Assembly: GCA_002352385.1 (NCBI GenBank)
Contig: DEII01000063.1
Span: 13,575-68,604 of the forward strand
Length of the DNA stretch: 55,030 nt
Direction: 5' to 3'
DNA from: Methylococcaceae bacterium UBA2778
GTDB lineage: Bacteria > Pseudomonadota > Gammaproteobacteria > Methylococcales > UBA2778
Below, piece after piece: positions 52,691-55,030 of the stretch. Numbering within the stretch: position 1 is the stretch's first letter; each line of letters starts with the position of its first letter. The position numbers were made by a program, and so were the translations under genes. The notes below the pieces were generated by a model, which was not told where the DNA came from, did no database searches, and saw only the letters and a program-made list of their open reading frames with translations.

Positions 52691-54930
52691 CAGCTAGACG
52701 AGTCTGTTGTTGAGATGACCCTCACTATCGCCACTGCATTGTTGTTGAAGCTGCTCGGGTCTTCCTGACTCGCTTCGATATTGATGGTATGTACTATGGG
52801 ACCTACGCCCTCAGGTATCACCACTATATTTATCACTACTAATTTGTCATCCTCTATATCGGGCAGCGTCCCCAGACTGCACGTCACTATACCACCTGAC
52901 TCACTGCACGTACCTTGATTGGAACTCGCCGATACGAATGATACGTCCAGCGGAAGTATGCTCGTGAGAGTCACACCTTCAGCATCCTGAGATCCTGTGT
53001 TCCCTACCCGCACAGTGTAATTGAGCTCTCGTCCCTGCACAGCGGAGCTCGGTGAGGCAAGGCTGGCAATGAATAGGTCTGCCGCTCCGTCACTGTCGTT
53101 AACCCGAAATAATACGAACGTTACCTGAGGAGATGAGTTGTTCCACAATACGGGGTCGTACTCATTACCGCTCACCTGTGGCACGTTCAGTATAGCTCTG
53201 ATCTTCGTCGGCTTTACAACCACCTTTATCCGGGTGATTTCTTCTGCCTCTAAATCCCCAAGCTCGCACGTAATCACATTCATCGCCGGACCCGAGCAGG
53301 ACCCCTGATCGGAGTCGACAGTTACCAACTCCACACTCGGAGGAAGCTGATCCTTTACCACTACCCCAGTCGCGGGGTCGGGGCCCGCATTGTTTACAAA
53401 TATTACATACTTGAGAAGTTTGCCTATCTCAACTGGGTCGGGCGAATCTGTCATCAATATGCTCAGATCGGCTATAGGTATGGAAGGCGCAATCATCCCT
53501 ATTAGCGTCGACGCCACCGATACGTTGTTAAACGTATGCGGGTCCTCCGCTATACTACTGTTTATCTCCGCCACGCTGAATATAGTCAGGGACTCCTCAC
53601 CGGGGGTTGTCAGGGAGACCTCAGCGTTTATTTGTACTGTAATACTCTCTCCCATGACTAGCTGAGAGAATTCGCAGGTCACTATGTTATTATCCGCTCC
53701 TGCTTGTACACACATCCCAGCTCCTGGAGGGTCCACTTCAAACGTAACTGTATCAAGGTCTAGTCCCTCAAGCGGGAGGGTATCCGTCAGCACCACATCG
53801 CTTGCCTCATCTGGGCCGTAATTGGTTGCAAATAATGTATACTTAAGCTTCTGTCCTTCAGTTATCGGATCCGGGTGGTCCGTATTCTGAACAAACAGGT
53901 CAGCCATGGGCGGTGGTATCGGTACTATGGTCGTAACTTCAGAGTCCGTATTGTTGCCCGGGGCGATATCGGTCTGAAATTTCCCATCGGGGAGTTTCGG
54001 TGTTAATAACGCCTGAGCCGAATTCAGTATAAATCCCACCTCTGTGGGGATGACCGTAATTGGGATAATAGCGACTTCTCCCACTTCTATATCTCCAAGC
54101 TCACAGACAAGCTGATTGTTTCCCTGAACGCAGCCAGGGGCTGTTACCATGCTGAGGTCAATCCCCATCTCAGGGAGTATGTCGGTCAGGATAACGTCCT
54201 GGGCTGTATCAGGACCGAAGTTATATACGAATATATCGTATGTAAGCGCTTCGCCCACAACCACAGGGTCGGGAGTGTCCGTTTTCACGACGAATAAATC
54301 AGAAAATGTGACAAGCGGGGGTGGGGATATTACCTCTGTAGTAAGGGAGTCGGTGTTGTTGGGTGGAACGGGTCCCGTCTGGACAGTGTCTTCAAGAGGG
54401 GTTTCGCCGACAGTCGCCTGTGCTATGTTGATTATAAATCCGAGGTTCTTTGGGTTAACTGTAATGACAAACTCGGTGACTTCACCTACAGGAAGCGTTT
54501 CTATTGCACATTCTACTGTGCCGGACATGGGCGCAGTTTCAGTACATCCAGTTGGTAAAGGCATAACTATATCCACGCTTGTGGGAAGTATGTCGGTTAC
54601 GGTTACGTTTGAGGCATCGTCTGGGCCGAGGTTGGCTACGACTACTGTGTAGTCAAAGTCTTCGTTAATGATTACCGGATTGGGAGAGGTTTTTCGCACG
54701 GCCAGGTCGGACTCAGTTTTATGCGGCGGCACTGGGACTACATTTGTGATTACTTGTGTGCTGTTATCACCGGAATTTACATTTTCGGTGAGTGAGTTTA
54801 CCTCCACAATATTGAGTATGGCTCCCGCGGTACTCGGTGCTGTAACGGTTATAACTACTTGGGCGTAACCTGCGTTCCGCGCTCCTCTATAAATCAAGAG
54901 CTTAGCGTTCCCATTAGATGAAACAATCAA
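52691..54930 (-). pseudogene. DUF11-repeat (conserved repeat domain) surface adhesin fragment, truncated at both ends
   Basis: Five about 125-aa repeats each contain DL.(V/I)..T.SP(D/N)P......L.Y...V.N.GPD.A..V..TD.LP (for example ANLGPDDASNVTVTDILP, YNFGPDTAQDVILTDILP, TNYGPDEASDVVLTDTLP, NNAGPDPATGVVVKDQLP). No signal peptide, and a stop lies 8 codons upstream of the TTG at 54930. The C-terminus runs in frame into IS1380 sequence. GC is lower (27/60 at 53101-53160). Confidence 0.7.
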
Positions 54931-55030
54931 GCACTTACACGCACAATGGGTTCATTCTACGTCATGGAAGAAACAATCAAGTTGTAGCGCGGACGACAGA
55001 TTACGCCCTAACTGTTTAGACCCGTGTGAT

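Overview
This is a 55-kb bacterial chromosomal segment that looks gammaproteobacterial and C1/sulfur-oxidising; that taxonomic guess is inference only. Spot GC is about 57% (34/60 at 25001-25060). Positions 1-47.2 kb are densely packed core genes on both strands. Positions 47.2-55 kb are a decayed, partly AT-richer graveyard of mobile elements.

Main content:
1. A TetR-flanked methanethiol-oxidase cluster (SBP56/MtoX). It includes a small Fe-S protein and a fused SCO1/SenC-MauG protein. A DUF4242 protein and a second di-haem peroxidase lie downstream.
2. A translationally coupled pair of membrane-associated P-loop GTPases, followed by a DUF1311 protein.
3. A 9.6-kb co-directional minus-strand block. 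It encodes a 1216-aa GltD/NfnB-like + PyrK/NfnA-like fusion flavoprotein, a 7Fe ferredoxin, FwdD, FwdB/FhcB, FwdA/FhcA, Ftr/FhcD and FwdC/FhcC. The B subunit keeps the Fe-S and Cys-His active-site motifs. I consider this the best candidate for an undescribed system: a ferredoxin-coupled, redox-active formylmethanofuran dehydrogenase module in a bacterium.
4. pstSCAB-phoU with a textbook Pho box.
5. rpmB-rpmG, a cNMP/rhodanese protein, DegQ, MoaB, DUF423, PepN and UPF0182.
6. An IS91 remnant truncating a lipase-maturation-factor gene, a frameshifted rve-type DDE transposase with accessory genes, and a 46-bp perfect palindrome.
7. A multiply frameshifted IS1380 remnant fused in frame to a low-GC DUF11-repeat adhesin fragment.

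A dispersed REP-like repeat family (GTAGGG... cores) occupies several intergenic regions. I recognised no rRNA, tRNA or CRISPR array. All family assignments come from reading motifs in the translations. No database search was run.
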